The position numbers and the translations under genes were made by a program. The notes under the pieces are model-generated. The model did not search any database and had not been told where the DNA came from. It saw only the letters and a program-made list of their open reading frames with translations. Source: Candidatus Sumerlaeaceae bacterium (GTDB lineage Bacteria > Sumerlaeota > Sumerlaeia > Sumerlaeales > Sumerlaeaceae). Taken from it: a stretch of DNA of 39,574 bases. Numbering within the stretch: position 1 is the stretch's first letter; every line of letters begins with the position of its first letter. The DNA lies in contig JBPCLP010000027.1 in the NCBI GenBank assembly GCA_051003195.1, positions 1 through 39,574 on the forward strand. Direction: 5' to 3'. Positions 1 through 11,000 of the stretch are shown one piece after another.

Positions 1-963
<963 letters not shown>

Positions 964-1236
964 TTTTTTGAAACTCTGGAAGAACGTCTGAAACGCTCAA
1001 CACTGACTTTTACCAACGTTCGAAATTATCTGTTTTCTTGCTGCTTTGGCGCAGCCAAAACCGCTTGAAGAATCCAGATTATTTCGATTGCGTCAGACCC
1101 GCCCCCTAAAGGACGGGCAAAACTTAAAATAACCAGATGCCCCAAACGCCTTGCGGCCACGCGCGCAAGTTACATCACTCAAAGAAATCAACCTCGGAGG
1201 TTGATTTGCTTTTTATAAATGTGCTCTCTTCTGTCT

Positions 1237-1250
1237 AGTTTTCAAAGAAC
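1237..1250 (-). promoter_or_regulatory. rrn leader boxA antitermination element
   Basis: Minus strand reads GTTCTTTGAAAACT, ~280 nt upstream of the 16S 5' end. The leader also has hairpins (e.g. AAATCAACCT-CGG-AGGTTGATTT). Confidence 0.75.
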
Positions 1251-1568
1251 GAAACTGCTCTTGTGATGCGGTGCTGCTTCTCCAGCCGACGAACCGTGCT
1301 TGTCGCGCGGAATGCCATTTAAAAGAGCCGGAAATCTGCTCGACAGTGAAGCCGCTGATACCTGGGCCACTTCACGCCTCCAAGAAGGCGCAGGGCATTT
1401 CGCCCTTCATCGTGCAGCGTAGTTTATGTACCCGAACCCATGGAGCTTATTTGCGGATTTCGCAAATATTTTGGCGTCCTTCGCGGGCGCCGGATTCAGT
1501 GCGGATCGTACTATTTCGGCGTCCGCATGCTATTCAGGCTTTTACCGGCAATACGCCGTTTTGCACAG

Positions 1569-1691
1569 CTATTTCTGGGTACGTAAAACATCGCCCCCGC
1601 TGATGGTGCCATTGGTCGCGTCGTACACGATTTCGACGCCGGTAGCTGCGTCGGTGTCGGGAGTCACGTGATCAGGGCCCTGCTTAATCAT
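1569..1691 (-). pseudogene. Orphan C-terminal fragment of a prepilin/pseudopilin-like protein
   Basis: Reads MIKQGPDHVTPDTDAATGVEIVYDATNGTISGGDVLRTQK*, matching the 'GPD...YDPTNGTxSxGD' tail I recall from pilin-like proteins. No GFTLIE N-terminus is in frame upstream. Confidence 0.55.
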
Positions 1692-1770
1692 TAGACGTAC
1701 AATTGGCGAGAATGCTGCAGGATGGGCCCAAAATTGCGAACATAGCATTCGCCAAAAAAGAAAATCGGGG

Positions 1771-2463
1771 CTACTCATGTAGATAAGCCCAGTCGGCGAT
1801 GCGCTCGAACCAACCGGCCGAATTAGAAGCTGGATAGTTTTGAAGCGGGTAATAGCAGAAGTAGTCGAATTGGAGTGGCATTGATGCGTCCACCAAAAGT
1901 ACCCACGGATTGCCTGCATAAGGTAGCGCACGTTCACCGCTTATGTATTCATATTTGTCACCTACGCCTGTATGCGGCCGGGGGACTTCTGAAAGATACG
2001 TGGGTACCAGTTCCTCTAATTTGCCCGGCGGGCGGCTGTGGTCCGTTTCGTACGCGCGGATGGCGTTCACTAAGGGCTTCGAACGTTGAGTCAGGTGTTC
2101 GAATGCATTGTGCCGAATGTTCCTGCTTAGTCCGAAACCCAATCCGTAAAGGCAGGTGCAGAGCACACTGACTGCAAGCATCGCACCTGCTTTGAAGAAA
2201 GCCAATCGCCAGCTCTTTCCGTCCATGCGGTGTTCTACCAGAATCCAGATTCCCGAGACCAGGCCTACCAGCGGCATGAACAGTATTAACGGCAGCACCA
2301 TGGTCGCCAAGAATAGTGTGCCGGATGAACCGCCCGGGGCGACGGAACGCCAGTGTGCGAATATCGGGAACGCGAAACAGAGCAACAGCAGAAGCAAGGT
2401 CGCAAATCCGATTAGCAGGTGTTGCCGTGTGACGCGGACACGGCGTGCGCGCGGTTCAGTCAT
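1771..2463 (-). CDS. Hypothetical membrane protein with a GspG/pseudopilin-like C-terminal segment
   Basis: 230-aa ORF with three hydrophobic segments, then 'LVNAIRAYETDHSRPPGKLEELVPTYL', resembling the A..Y..D...P..L..LVP.YL helix of pseudopilin-like proteins. Confidence 0.7.
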   Translation of the reverse strand: MTEPRARRVRVTRQHLLIGFATLLLLLLCFAFPIFAHWRSVAPGGSSGTLFLATMVLPLILFMPLVGLVSGIWILVEHRMDGKSWRLAFFKAGAMLAVSVLCTCLYGLGFGLSRNIRHNAFEHLTQRSKPLVNAIRAYETDHSRPPGKLEELVPTYLSEVPRPHTGVGDKYEYISGERALPYAGNPWVLLVDASMPLQFDYFCYYPLQNYPASNSAGWFERIADWAYLHE

Positions 2464-2579
2464 TCCAAATCCATACCGTGTTGATGGGGACTACCGACAA
2501 CAAAATACGGGTGATTCTTCCATAAGGAATAGAGTTCGAGGTTGGCCGCGTTAAAGCGCCGCCAGGAGCCGGTGCTACC

Positions 2580-3629
2580 TTAGGCGAGCGCGACAAGTTC
2601 CTGGGAGTACTCGGGGCGGATTGCGACTCCGAGGCCGGGTTTGCTGGGCAGGTGGATCGTGCCGTCGGGGTCGCAGGTACTGCCGGTAAACGGGTCGTTG
2701 CTGATGAGCAGGTTGCCGTCGAGATCGAGATAGTCGCAATGCGGCGCGAGGTGTGCGGCGGCGGTGATGGCGATGGCGGTTTCGATCATGCAGCCGATCA
2801 TTACCTGGAACCCGAACGCGCGCGCGGTAGCGATCATGCGCCGGGCCTCGACCAGTCCGCCAGATTTCATCAGCTTGATATTAATGCCGTCCACGGCCCC
2901 GGCCAGTTTGGGCAGGTCGGAGTTAACCATGGAATCTTCGTCGACGAAGATCGGCAGGGGAGCGCCTTTGTGGAGTTCGCGAAGCTGATCGTGGGAGCCC
3001 TTGAACAGTGGCTGTTCGACGTACTCGACGCCGAGGTCGGCCATTGCGGGTAATGCGGTTTTGGCCTGTTCGAGTGTCCAGCCACCATTGGCGTCAACGC
3101 GGACCGTTTTGTTACCGACGGCTTTACGAATTTCCCGCATGACAGCGAGGTCCTGCTCGAGATCTTTGCCAAGTTTGATTTTCAGGATGGCGTAGTTTTT
3201 CGCGTCGTCAACTTTGCGCATCATTTCGTCGATGGTGTCGATGCCGATGGTGAAAGACGTGACCATTTTCCGCGCGGGACCGCGACCGAATAGTTTGTAC
3301 AGTGGCACACCGAGGCGGGTTGCCAGCCGGTCGTGCAGCGCAATATCCACGGCTGCCTTGGCGCTGCCGTTGGCCTGGATACGATTGTCGATGTAATCAG
3401 CTACATCTTCCACGCAGTCCAGATCGGGGAGTTCCATTCTGGAAATCTGATCGACTATGTCCAGCACGGTTGTCGTGTCTTCGTGGTAAAAGCTCGTCGG
3501 CGATGATTCGCCCCAGCCGCCGTCGATCCGGGTGAGTACCACGTCGATGTGTGTGCGGGTTGACCGGGCGATCCCGAAAGGGTTAATCAGCTTCAGCTGG
3601 TAAGTGGAGCAGCGGATGTCCATAAGCAT
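2580..3629 (-). CDS. L-Ala-D/L-Glu dipeptide epimerase (enolase superfamily, YkfB/YcjG-like)
   Basis: KIKLG (KxK), DANGGW, EQP, DED metal ligands, GCMIET and DLDG motifs. Confidence 0.92.
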   Translation of the reverse strand: MLMDIRCSTYQLKLINPFGIARSTRTHIDVVLTRIDGGWGESSPTSFYHEDTTTVLDIVDQISRMELPDLDCVEDVADYIDNRIQANGSAKAAVDIALHDRLATRLGVPLYKLFGRGPARKMVTSFTIGIDTIDEMMRKVDDAKNYAILKIKLGKDLEQDLAVMREIRKAVGNKTVRVDANGGWTLEQAKTALPAMADLGVEYVEQPLFKGSHDQLRELHKGAPLPIFVDEDSMVNSDLPKLAGAVDGINIKLMKSGGLVEARRMIATARAFGFQVMIGCMIETAIAITAAAHLAPHCDYLDLDGNLLISNDPFTGSTCDPDGTIHLPSKPGLGVAIRPEYSQELVALA

Positions 3630-3694
3630 GCGCTGGTGCTTGGACGCGCAGCCAGATTCAAGAACTTAAACCGAGAGTCAGAACAAGAGAAGAG

Positions 3695-4741
3695 TTAGCT
3701 ATGCACCCGGCGGGCAAAGACAAACGTTCGGCCATAACGGGACAGATAGTTCGGATCTCCCGGTCGCAATGAAGACTTCACGACATTCTTGCTGCCGGAG
3801 GAGTGGATGTAAGTGTAATTACCCAGATAGATTCCCACGTGAAAAACATATGCCTGGTCGTTCATAAAGAACAGCAGGTCCCCCGGAAGGAGGTCTGCAA
3901 ACTTTGGCAAATAGCCGACAATTTCTCCCATGTTGGCCTGCATGCTTGCATCGCGAGGCAGCATGATACCCTCATGATAGGCCAGCGTTTGGACGAAGCC
4001 AGAGCAGTCGATACCTTCCTGCGTCTTGCCACCCCATAAATACGGCGTGTTACGGAAAACTTCAGCCGCCTCAAGCACCGACTCCTTAAAGGCGAGCGAT
4101 GCCGGCTCCTTGATGTTTACATCACACTTACGCACGCGGTGCCATTTGCCATCAGGTAATTGGACGCTGCTGTATTCTTTAATCAGTCGTGCGGTTGGCG
4201 GAATAATGAAGCCGTTCAGTGCCAGCGGCACTTTTGCGACCGCGCACTTGCCGTTCTTCCATCGCAGATAGCGGGCTATGGTCGTCTTCTTAAGATGCTG
4301 CGACGGCACGTAGCCCACGTAACCATCGGGATGCTGCGCGAACGTAAAGCCGTCGCGCGAAAAATAGGTGCGGATAACGCTTCCGTACAAGGCCTCGGTA
4401 AGCAGATCTTCCTTTTTAACCAGCGCCTGCCGGTATAACGGGGCAGCGACGCAAATGACTTCATGGAAAGCCAGCGGGTGTGCCCTGGTAATGACGCGCA
4501 GATTGAAATCCAGCGGCATGCCTGCAAACACCTCTTGCGCCATGTTCCGGATGAAAGTGTCCGTCTGGCGAAATTGCGAAAATCCGTTAATCCTGACGAG
4601 TTTGCCGTCGGTGATTGCCTGCAACTCGCAGGCGATGAGGCGCGGATCGATCTTCGTTTTGATCTGCAGATCAAACAGCTTCTTCAGAAGTTCGAAGTCC
4701 GCAGCCGGAGCGCTGTTATGTACTTTGGAATTCCTGCTCAT
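3695..4741 (-). CDS. NlpC/P60 cysteine peptidase (YkfC-like gamma-D-glutamyl peptidase)
   Basis: PYLWGG...GIDCSG, HVGIY and IHSS catalytic motifs. N-terminal SH3b-like 'DGYVGYVP'. No obvious signal peptide. Adjacent to the epimerase. Confidence 0.88.
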   Translation of the reverse strand: MSRNSKVHNSAPAADFELLKKLFDLQIKTKIDPRLIACELQAITDGKLVRINGFSQFRQTDTFIRNMAQEVFAGMPLDFNLRVITRAHPLAFHEVICVAAPLYRQALVKKEDLLTEALYGSVIRTYFSRDGFTFAQHPDGYVGYVPSQHLKKTTIARYLRWKNGKCAVAKVPLALNGFIIPPTARLIKEYSSVQLPDGKWHRVRKCDVNIKEPASLAFKESVLEAAEVFRNTPYLWGGKTQEGIDCSGFVQTLAYHEGIMLPRDASMQANMGEIVGYLPKFADLLPGDLLFFMNDQAYVFHVGIYLGNYTYIHSSGSKNVVKSSLRPGDPNYLSRYGRTFVFARRVHS

Positions 4742-4806
4742 CGCGCATTACTTTACGCTGGCGAATTCGAGATGCGAGCATAAAATACAATTGTTTGAAC
4801 AAACAT

Positions 4807-5911
4807 TTACGCTTTGCCCATTTGCGACCGCAGATAGCTGTCGATGAACGGGTCAAGCTCGCCGTCCATCACATTTTGGACGCTGCTGGTTTCTGTATCG
4901 GTGCGCAGATCTTTGACGAGCTGGTAAGGCTGAAACACATAGGAGCGAATCTGCGATCCCCAGGCGATGTCCTTCTTTTCGCCCGATTTGACCGCCTGCT
5001 CGGCATCCTGCTGTTGCTTGTAATATTGGTAAAGCCGTGCGCGCAGCACCTTCATGGCGCTGGCCTTGTTCTTGTGCTGGCTGCGTTCGTTCTGGCACTG
5101 GACCACGATTTTTGTGGGGATGTGGGTGATGCGCACCGCGCTGTCTGTCACGTTGACGTGCTGTCCACCCGCGCCGCCTGACCGATAGGTATCGATACGC
5201 AGGTCCTTCTCCTGGATGTCGACAACTATGGAATCATCGATATCGGGATATGCATACACGGAAGCGAAGGAGGTGTGGCGTCGCTTGTTCGCATCAAAGG
5301 GCGAGATGCGCACAAGCCGGTGCACTCCGTTTTCCGCCTTCAGCAGACCGTATGCGTAATCCCCATGGATCGCGAGTGTGGCGCGCGAAATACCTGCGCC
5401 TTCACCGGGTTGAAGATCGATCATTTCAACCTTAAAGCCTTTGCGCTCGGCCCATCGTGTGTACATGCGCAGCAGCATGCTGGCCCAGTCGCAGCTTTCG
5501 GTACCGCCAGCACCCGGGTGAATGTGCAGGAAGCAGTGCGAGACATCCGCTTCGTCGCTGAGCATGCTTCGGAATTCAAGGTCCTCGACTCGTTTTGCAA
5601 GTTCCCGCGCCTGCTGCTCAAGTTCGGTCGCGAGTGCTTGGTCGTCTTCCGCGGCAGCGAGTTCCGCCATTTCCAGGTGATCCAAAACCGCTCGGTCGAT
5701 AGCTTCCCATGGTTCGACAACACGTTTAAGCGCGGTGAGTTTTCTCAAGTGCTCCTGGGCCTTCTGGTTATCATTCCAGAATCCAGGTGCAGCCGACTCC
5801 GCCTCCAGCCGGTCTAGTTCGAGCCTTTTGCCGGCGACGTCAAAGATACTCCTTGGACTGCAGGATGCGATCGCGCACGCGCGAGAGGTCGGTGATTGTT
5901 TCGGTTAGCAT
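4807..5911 (-). CDS. prfB: Peptide chain release factor 2, translated through a programmed +1 frameshift
   Basis: GGQ (SGGAGGQHVN) and SPF motifs. The first ORF MLTETITDLSRVRDRILQSKEYL ends at CTT-TGA-C, and the +1 frame continues DVAGKRLEL...PGFWND. Confidence 0.97.
5839..5854 (-). promoter_or_regulatory. prfB +1 frameshift cassette (internal SD plus CTT TGA C)
   Basis: Minus strand AAGGAG TAT CTT TGA C. Confidence 0.95.
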
Positions 5912-5919
5912 GGCGTGGT

Positions 5920-5949
5920 GTTATACGCGAAGCGACGCTGCGGATTCAA
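5920..5949 (-). promoter_or_regulatory. Putative sigma70 promoter for prfB, near-leaderless
   Basis: TTGAAT-N18-TATAAC, 8 nt upstream of the ATG, with no SD. Confidence 0.5.
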
Positions 5950-6026
5950 AAACCAGATCTCCGCTGAAATATGGATTCACGAATCCACGAACCGGAGCAT
6001 GAAAGAACGAACGCATGCGACACGCA

Positions 6027-6653
6027 TTAGAGTGGCCGAAGCAGCGCCCTACACGGGGCCCCGTCTCCATTGTCGATACGGAGCGGTAAACACAAGAGCT
6101 CGTAGTTGCCGGCGGTGATGCTGGCGAGATTGAGGTTTTCGATGACCCAGATTCCGGCGCCGAGCAGAATGCGGTGAGTTTCTTCCCCGTCCATGTAAAA
6201 GCCGCCTATGGACATGTAGTCGATGCCGACGAGGGCGACTTTGCTGTCAGCGAGCAGCTGTGCAGCGTCGGCTGCGACGTAGACAAAATCTTTGCGGAAC
6301 TCCTCATCGAACCCCACATCGGAATTCCGGGTGCGGAAGAGGATGCGTTCGCCTGTCTTGGGCGCATGCTTCCGCAACTCGTCCGCATTTATGCACTCCG
6401 GATTCTTGATGTGAATCACCCTTGCCGGACCAATCCCCAGCTCAAGCGGCCAGGTGTCCATCGACTTGCCATCTTCAAAAAAGTGCAGCGGAGGATCGAT
6501 GTGCGTGCCCGTGTGCGTGCCCATGGAAATGTGCGACACATTGCAAACTTCGCCGCGCGAGATATCGGAAGTGCGCGTGACCTTGACCTCAGGATCTCCC
6601 GGCCAACGGAGCATACCAGAGCGGATGGGCAAAGTGATTTCGAGCCAACTCAT
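6027..6653 (-). CDS. Cyclase-family metallohydrolase (kynurenine formamidase KynB-like)
   Basis: HTGTHIDPPLH motif, GIDYMSI, H..LL...IWVIENL, DGAPCRA. Start set at MSWLEITLPI (6653). Confidence 0.9.
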   Translation of the reverse strand: MSWLEITLPIRSGMLRWPGDPEVKVTRTSDISRGEVCNVSHISMGTHTGTHIDPPLHFFEDGKSMDTWPLELGIGPARVIHIKNPECINADELRKHAPKTGERILFRTRNSDVGFDEEFRKDFVYVAADAAQLLADSKVALVGIDYMSIGGFYMDGEETHRILLGAGIWVIENLNLASITAGNYELLCLPLRIDNGDGAPCRALLRPL

Positions 6654-6807
6654 AAGTGTACATGTGTCAGCGAGAAAGTGCAAAGGGAAGAGCGAAGATC
6701 GACGAGCAAAGAATTCAAGACCATGCAATTGCAGCCGTGGTAAACGCTTGATCTTAGACCGACTGCACTTCGATATGCGCCGCACTTCATCCTGGAGAGT
6801 TCGTGGA

Positions 6808-7566
6808 ATGATGGTGCCCAGACGTATCTTGAGCTGTGTTGTTCTGACTGTGCTGATAAATCTCGGATTTGCCCAGCAAACCACAGCGACTGCAGACGTC
6901 CTGCTTACGACGAGCTCGGTTCATCCCGCGCTTGTGCCGACGAAGCGCTGCCTGCCGGGCGATCGCTTCACCAGGCTGCACGAATCATTTCTACGTAGAC
7001 GCACAGAAGGACCTATTGGTGTAGTATTCATGGGCGATTCGATTACGGAGCGCTGGACGTCTGCACCCGAGGTCTGGGCCCAACACTTCGGTAAATACGA
7101 TCCTGCCAACTTTGGAGTCAGCGGCGATCGCACCCAGCATGTGCTCTGGCGAATTGAGAACGGCGAGTTGGACGGAATTCATCCGAAAGCACTGGTGCTG
7201 ATGATCGGCACAAACAATTCGAACTCGGACACCTCGGAGCCAATCGTGCAGGCGATCACCAAAATAGTAGGCGCGACACGCGCAAAGCTGCCCGACACCA
7301 AAATTCTTCTGCTGGGCATTTTCCCGCGCGGAGACAAGAACGATAACCTGGACAATAAAGCAATGGCGACGATCCGGGAAGTTAACCCGGAGATCGCGAA
7401 ACTCGCGGACGGCCAAAAGGTTTTCTATCTGGATATTGGCGGCAGCTTCATCGTGCAGGGGAAGATCCCGCGCGAGTTCATGCCCGATCAGCTCCATCTG
7501 TCGCCCAGGGGCTACCAGGTTTGGGCTGAGGCCATTGATGCGCAATTGTCTGAACTCATGAAGTAG
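6808..7566 (+). CDS. Secreted SGNH/GDSL esterase (PAF-acetylhydrolase IB-like)
   Basis: Signal peptide, GDSIT, GVSGDRT, IGTNN, DQLH (DxxH). Confidence 0.9.
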   Translation: MMVPRRILSCVVLTVLINLGFAQQTTATADVLLTTSSVHPALVPTKRCLPGDRFTRLHESFLRRRTEGPIGVVFMGDSITERWTSAPEVWAQHFGKYDPANFGVSGDRTQHVLWRIENGELDGIHPKALVLMIGTNNSNSDTSEPIVQAITKIVGATRAKLPDTKILLLGIFPRGDKNDNLDNKAMATIREVNPEIAKLADGQKVFYLDIGGSFIVQGKIPREFMPDQLHLSPRGYQVWAEAIDAQLSELMK

Positions 7567-7615
7567 CGCGCGCAGGCGCCAACACTTCGACAACCTCCTG
7601 CACTTTTTCCTTGCG

Positions 7616-7637
7616 AACGCCTACAGATGTAGTCGTT
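7616..7637. promoter_or_regulatory. BlaI/MecI/CopY-type operator
   Basis: Palindrome AACG-C-CTACA-GA-TGTAG-T-CGTT with core TACAgaTGTA (7622-7631), ~40 bp upstream of the repressor gene. Confidence 0.8.
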
Positions 7638-7672
7638 TGATGCACAACGTAAGCTGAACGAGGAAGAAGCTC

Positions 7673-8077
7673 ATGCCGTCCAAGCCGCCGGATTCGCTCC
7701 CCACTGTAACAAACGCCGAATGGGAAATCATGAAAGTACTGTGGGAGCACGGCCGTCTTGCGGCGCGTGACGTATACACCCTGCTGCCGCCAGACCATGG
7801 GTGGGCCACCAAAACCGTCAAGACGCTACTGTCGCGCCTGGCAGCAAAAGGTGCAATCGATTACGAGCAGATCGGGAATTCGTACCTCTATCGCGCCGCG
7901 TGCACGCGAGAGCAGGTCACACGCGCGGAGGTGCGCAGCTTTGTGTCGCGTGTGCTGGAGGGATCGCTTCGCCCCGTTATCGCCCATTTCGTTGAAGAGC
8001 ACAACCTTTCCGACAAGGAAATCAGCGAACTCCAGAAGCTGCTCAATAGCGCAAAAGGTCGGAGGGAGAAACCATGA
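7673..8077 (+). CDS. BlaI/MecI/CopY family transcriptional repressor
   Basis: TNAEWEIMKVLW, TVKTLLSRL..KG, YLYRA, FVEEHNLSDKEISEL. Confidence 0.93.
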   Translation: MPSKPPDSLPTVTNAEWEIMKVLWEHGRLAARDVYTLLPPDHGWATKTVKTLLSRLAAKGAIDYEQIGNSYLYRAACTREQVTRAEVRSFVSRVLEGSLRPVIAHFVEEHNLSDKEISELQKLLNSAKGRREKP

Positions 8078-11000
8078 ACGGCTCCGGTAACTGGAACAGC
8101 TGGGCCATTCAGGCGAGTTGGCAACTGGCGCTTTTCGTCGGTGCGATCGCACTACTGGCGCTTTTATGTCGTAACTGCTCTGCGCGTCTGCGGCACGCCT
8201 TGTGGCTCCTCGTGCTGTTGAAGGTATTTCTACCGCCCGGTTTGTCAGCGCCATGGTCTATTGGAAGTTATGCAAGAGACTACTTGCCGGAAGTTGAGCC
8301 GCCTCTCGAAGTGCTGACACGACCTGAACCGCGGGAACAACAGCCACTCCTTGCACAAGCACAGATGGACTCGCCCGCAACCGCATATGCCTCGTCCAGT
8401 GTGAGCGCATCCTCACCAGTGGCAGAAACCGGTGCGCTGTCCGAAACCGCTGCCCAAAAAAAGGGGCTGATGCCGCAATGGACGCGTCCCCAATGGCTGT
8501 TTGCTGGCTGGGGTTTCGGGATCGCGGCGTACCTGACGATCGTCGCCATTCCTTACCTTTTGTTAACGCGCAAACTGCGTTTGGCGCGGCGCATCGAAGA
8601 AGGTCCGCTGGCGGTGCAGTTTCAGCAACTGGCCCTTCGATTCTGCCCCATGCGGCGCACACCTGCCCTGCTGATTTCGGAGCATATCAGCAGTCCGTTC
8701 CTGTGTGGACTCCTCCGGCCTCGTGTCGTTCTGCCTCCAGGTTCACTGACCGAGCTCACCCCCGAACAGCTGGAGAATGTGCTGCTGCACGAGCTCACGC
8801 ATTGGCATCGGCGTGACGTGCTCGTCGGCTGGTTGCAGGTGGCAGCCCAGGCGCTGTTCTGGTTTCACCCGCTTATGTGGTTCGCGAACGCCCGCCTGCG
8901 GGAGGAACGCGAGAACGCCTGCGATGAACAGGTGATTGTCAGCGGATACAGTGAACCGCGCAGCTATGCGGATAGCCTGCTCAAAGTGCTTCTTGCGTCG
9001 CGCGGCCGCTCGTCTGCGTCACCCGGATTTCTGGGAATTTTTGAACGCAGCACGCGCCTTCAACACCGGCTGCAGCGAATCCTGAAACAAGAACAACAAA
9101 CGCGGACATTGGGTGCGTGGGGCTACGGGGTCATCGTGGCAGCTGCGGTGCTGCTCATTCCAATGGCGGCGACCCGCCGCGCGATTGCAGAAACAACAGC
9201 GACCACAACGATGACATCGTCTGAGTCCACGGGTGGTACGGCCGATTCACTCCTGAATGAGACGCAGCGCGCGTATGTGGAGTGGACGATTCGCCAGTTT
9301 GGTCCGGATCCTGATCCGTCGCGTTACGACGCGAGCAGCGACGCAGAGAAACAGGAGATGGAGAACCGGTGGCTGACGATCGTGGAAGGCCCGGAAGGTC
9401 CCGAGGTGCACGGCGCGATCAGTGGCCTGGCGGCCCTTCGCAGCAAAACGGCTCTGCAACCATTGCTGCGCATTGCGTCGGAACGGCGCGAGAAGAACAA
9501 CCGCGGTCGCTGGATGGCGATCCGTGCGCTGAGCCTGCTCGGTGACAAGTCGGTTGTGCCTGACCTCATCCATCTGTCGTATCACCCGAACCAGAACACA
9601 CGCATGTGGGCGCAGATTGCCCTGGTGCGGCTGACCGGGCAGAACTTCGGCTACGAGTGGCAGAAGTGGGGCGACTGGTGGAACGCACAAGGCGGCAATC
9701 CTCCGTTCAAGGATGCAAAGGTCCAGTGGATGGAGAGGCCTGAGGACCAGATCTACATGGACACGGAGAAGCAGCAGCAGACCGACCGCGAGTTTTTGCA
9801 GAAGTATCGTCCGCAAAAAGTGGAAACGGCGATCAGTGCGGAATCGCCGACGAGCGGAACGATGGCCGCTGGTCCGTTTGCCTGGCAGAGCACGGAGCCG
9901 TATGAGCCACCAAACTTTGACAAATATTTTCCCGACGATAAGCAGGCAAGCGCCAGGCTTATCGAGCGGTGGAAGACGCTCAAGGATCCGTTTGAAGGCA
10001 TTTCCGATGGTGAAATCCTGCAAATGATCCGGCAGGGTTTACGCGGTTTTCGCCTTAACACCGGCCCTGACCAGGTGATTCGAGACCTTGGAAATCAGTA
10101 TATCTGGAACAAGCGGCCGCAGAATCCAGAAGCGATTGAGATCATGTATCACGCTTCGGACTTTCGGGGCGCGAACAACACTCCACACACACGCGGCTGG
10201 GCAGTGTATTTCGGTCTGTCCGTCGTTAAGCCAAAAACGCCGGCAATACTTCGTACGCTGGTCGATCTTTGCATAGTAGTCGATGATCCGAACGATTTAA
10301 GCCGCGTTGCGTGGGGCGCACGCGATCAGGAAAAGGATCTGCTGAAGCATCTCGAACCTTACCTGTCATCGTCAGATGCCACAGTGCGTACAAAAGCACA
10401 AGCACTGCGGAAAATTTTCCGCGACGAACTGAATGCTTTTTCGTGGTATGGAGAATTCCGCAAAGAGCGGGCTCAACGGCTCTATGCCGACAAACTGCCT
10501 GAGTACGTGAAAAAACTTCGGGAGGGAAACTCGAAGGAGCGTCTAGAGACTTTCAGGTATCTGCACCAGGAAGGGATCGGATCATTGCTGGATCCAGTGG
10601 AGGCGCTCGAAATTTATACCGTATGCGCGAACGATGCCGATTCAAAAGTCCGCAAGGAAATCGCCATTCAAGCCGGTGGTCTGGCAGGGTACCTTGCTCA
10701 CATGGAAGTCGAGGGCGAGACAACTGCTTCGGAGCCGGCAAAACGCGTACTCGATCTGTTGTTCGTATTATCGCGTGATCCCGAGCGCGAAGTACGCTAC
10801 TACGCAGTATACTCAGGCCTTTCGACAATGACCCCCAAGCCCGAACCGGTAGTGCGTCGATTGCTCGAGATCGCATTCGAAGATCGCGAGCACAATATGT
10901 TCAGTCGCATCACATGGGGACTTCGTGGGGAAAAAGAAAAAGTCCGGCTGCTGCTCGATGCGTACATCGCCGGGGATGATCCAAAGAAGGCCGCGGCCGC

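Noticed and set aside
4807..5911. prfB as a frameshifted pseudogene
   Set aside because: The break is the canonical programmed CTT-TGA-C site with an internal SD.
6454..6884. Long overlapping N-terminal extensions of the cyclase and esterase ORFs
   Set aside because: Homology and the signal peptide start at 6653 (-) and 6808 (+). The extensions are artefacts of taking the longest ORF.
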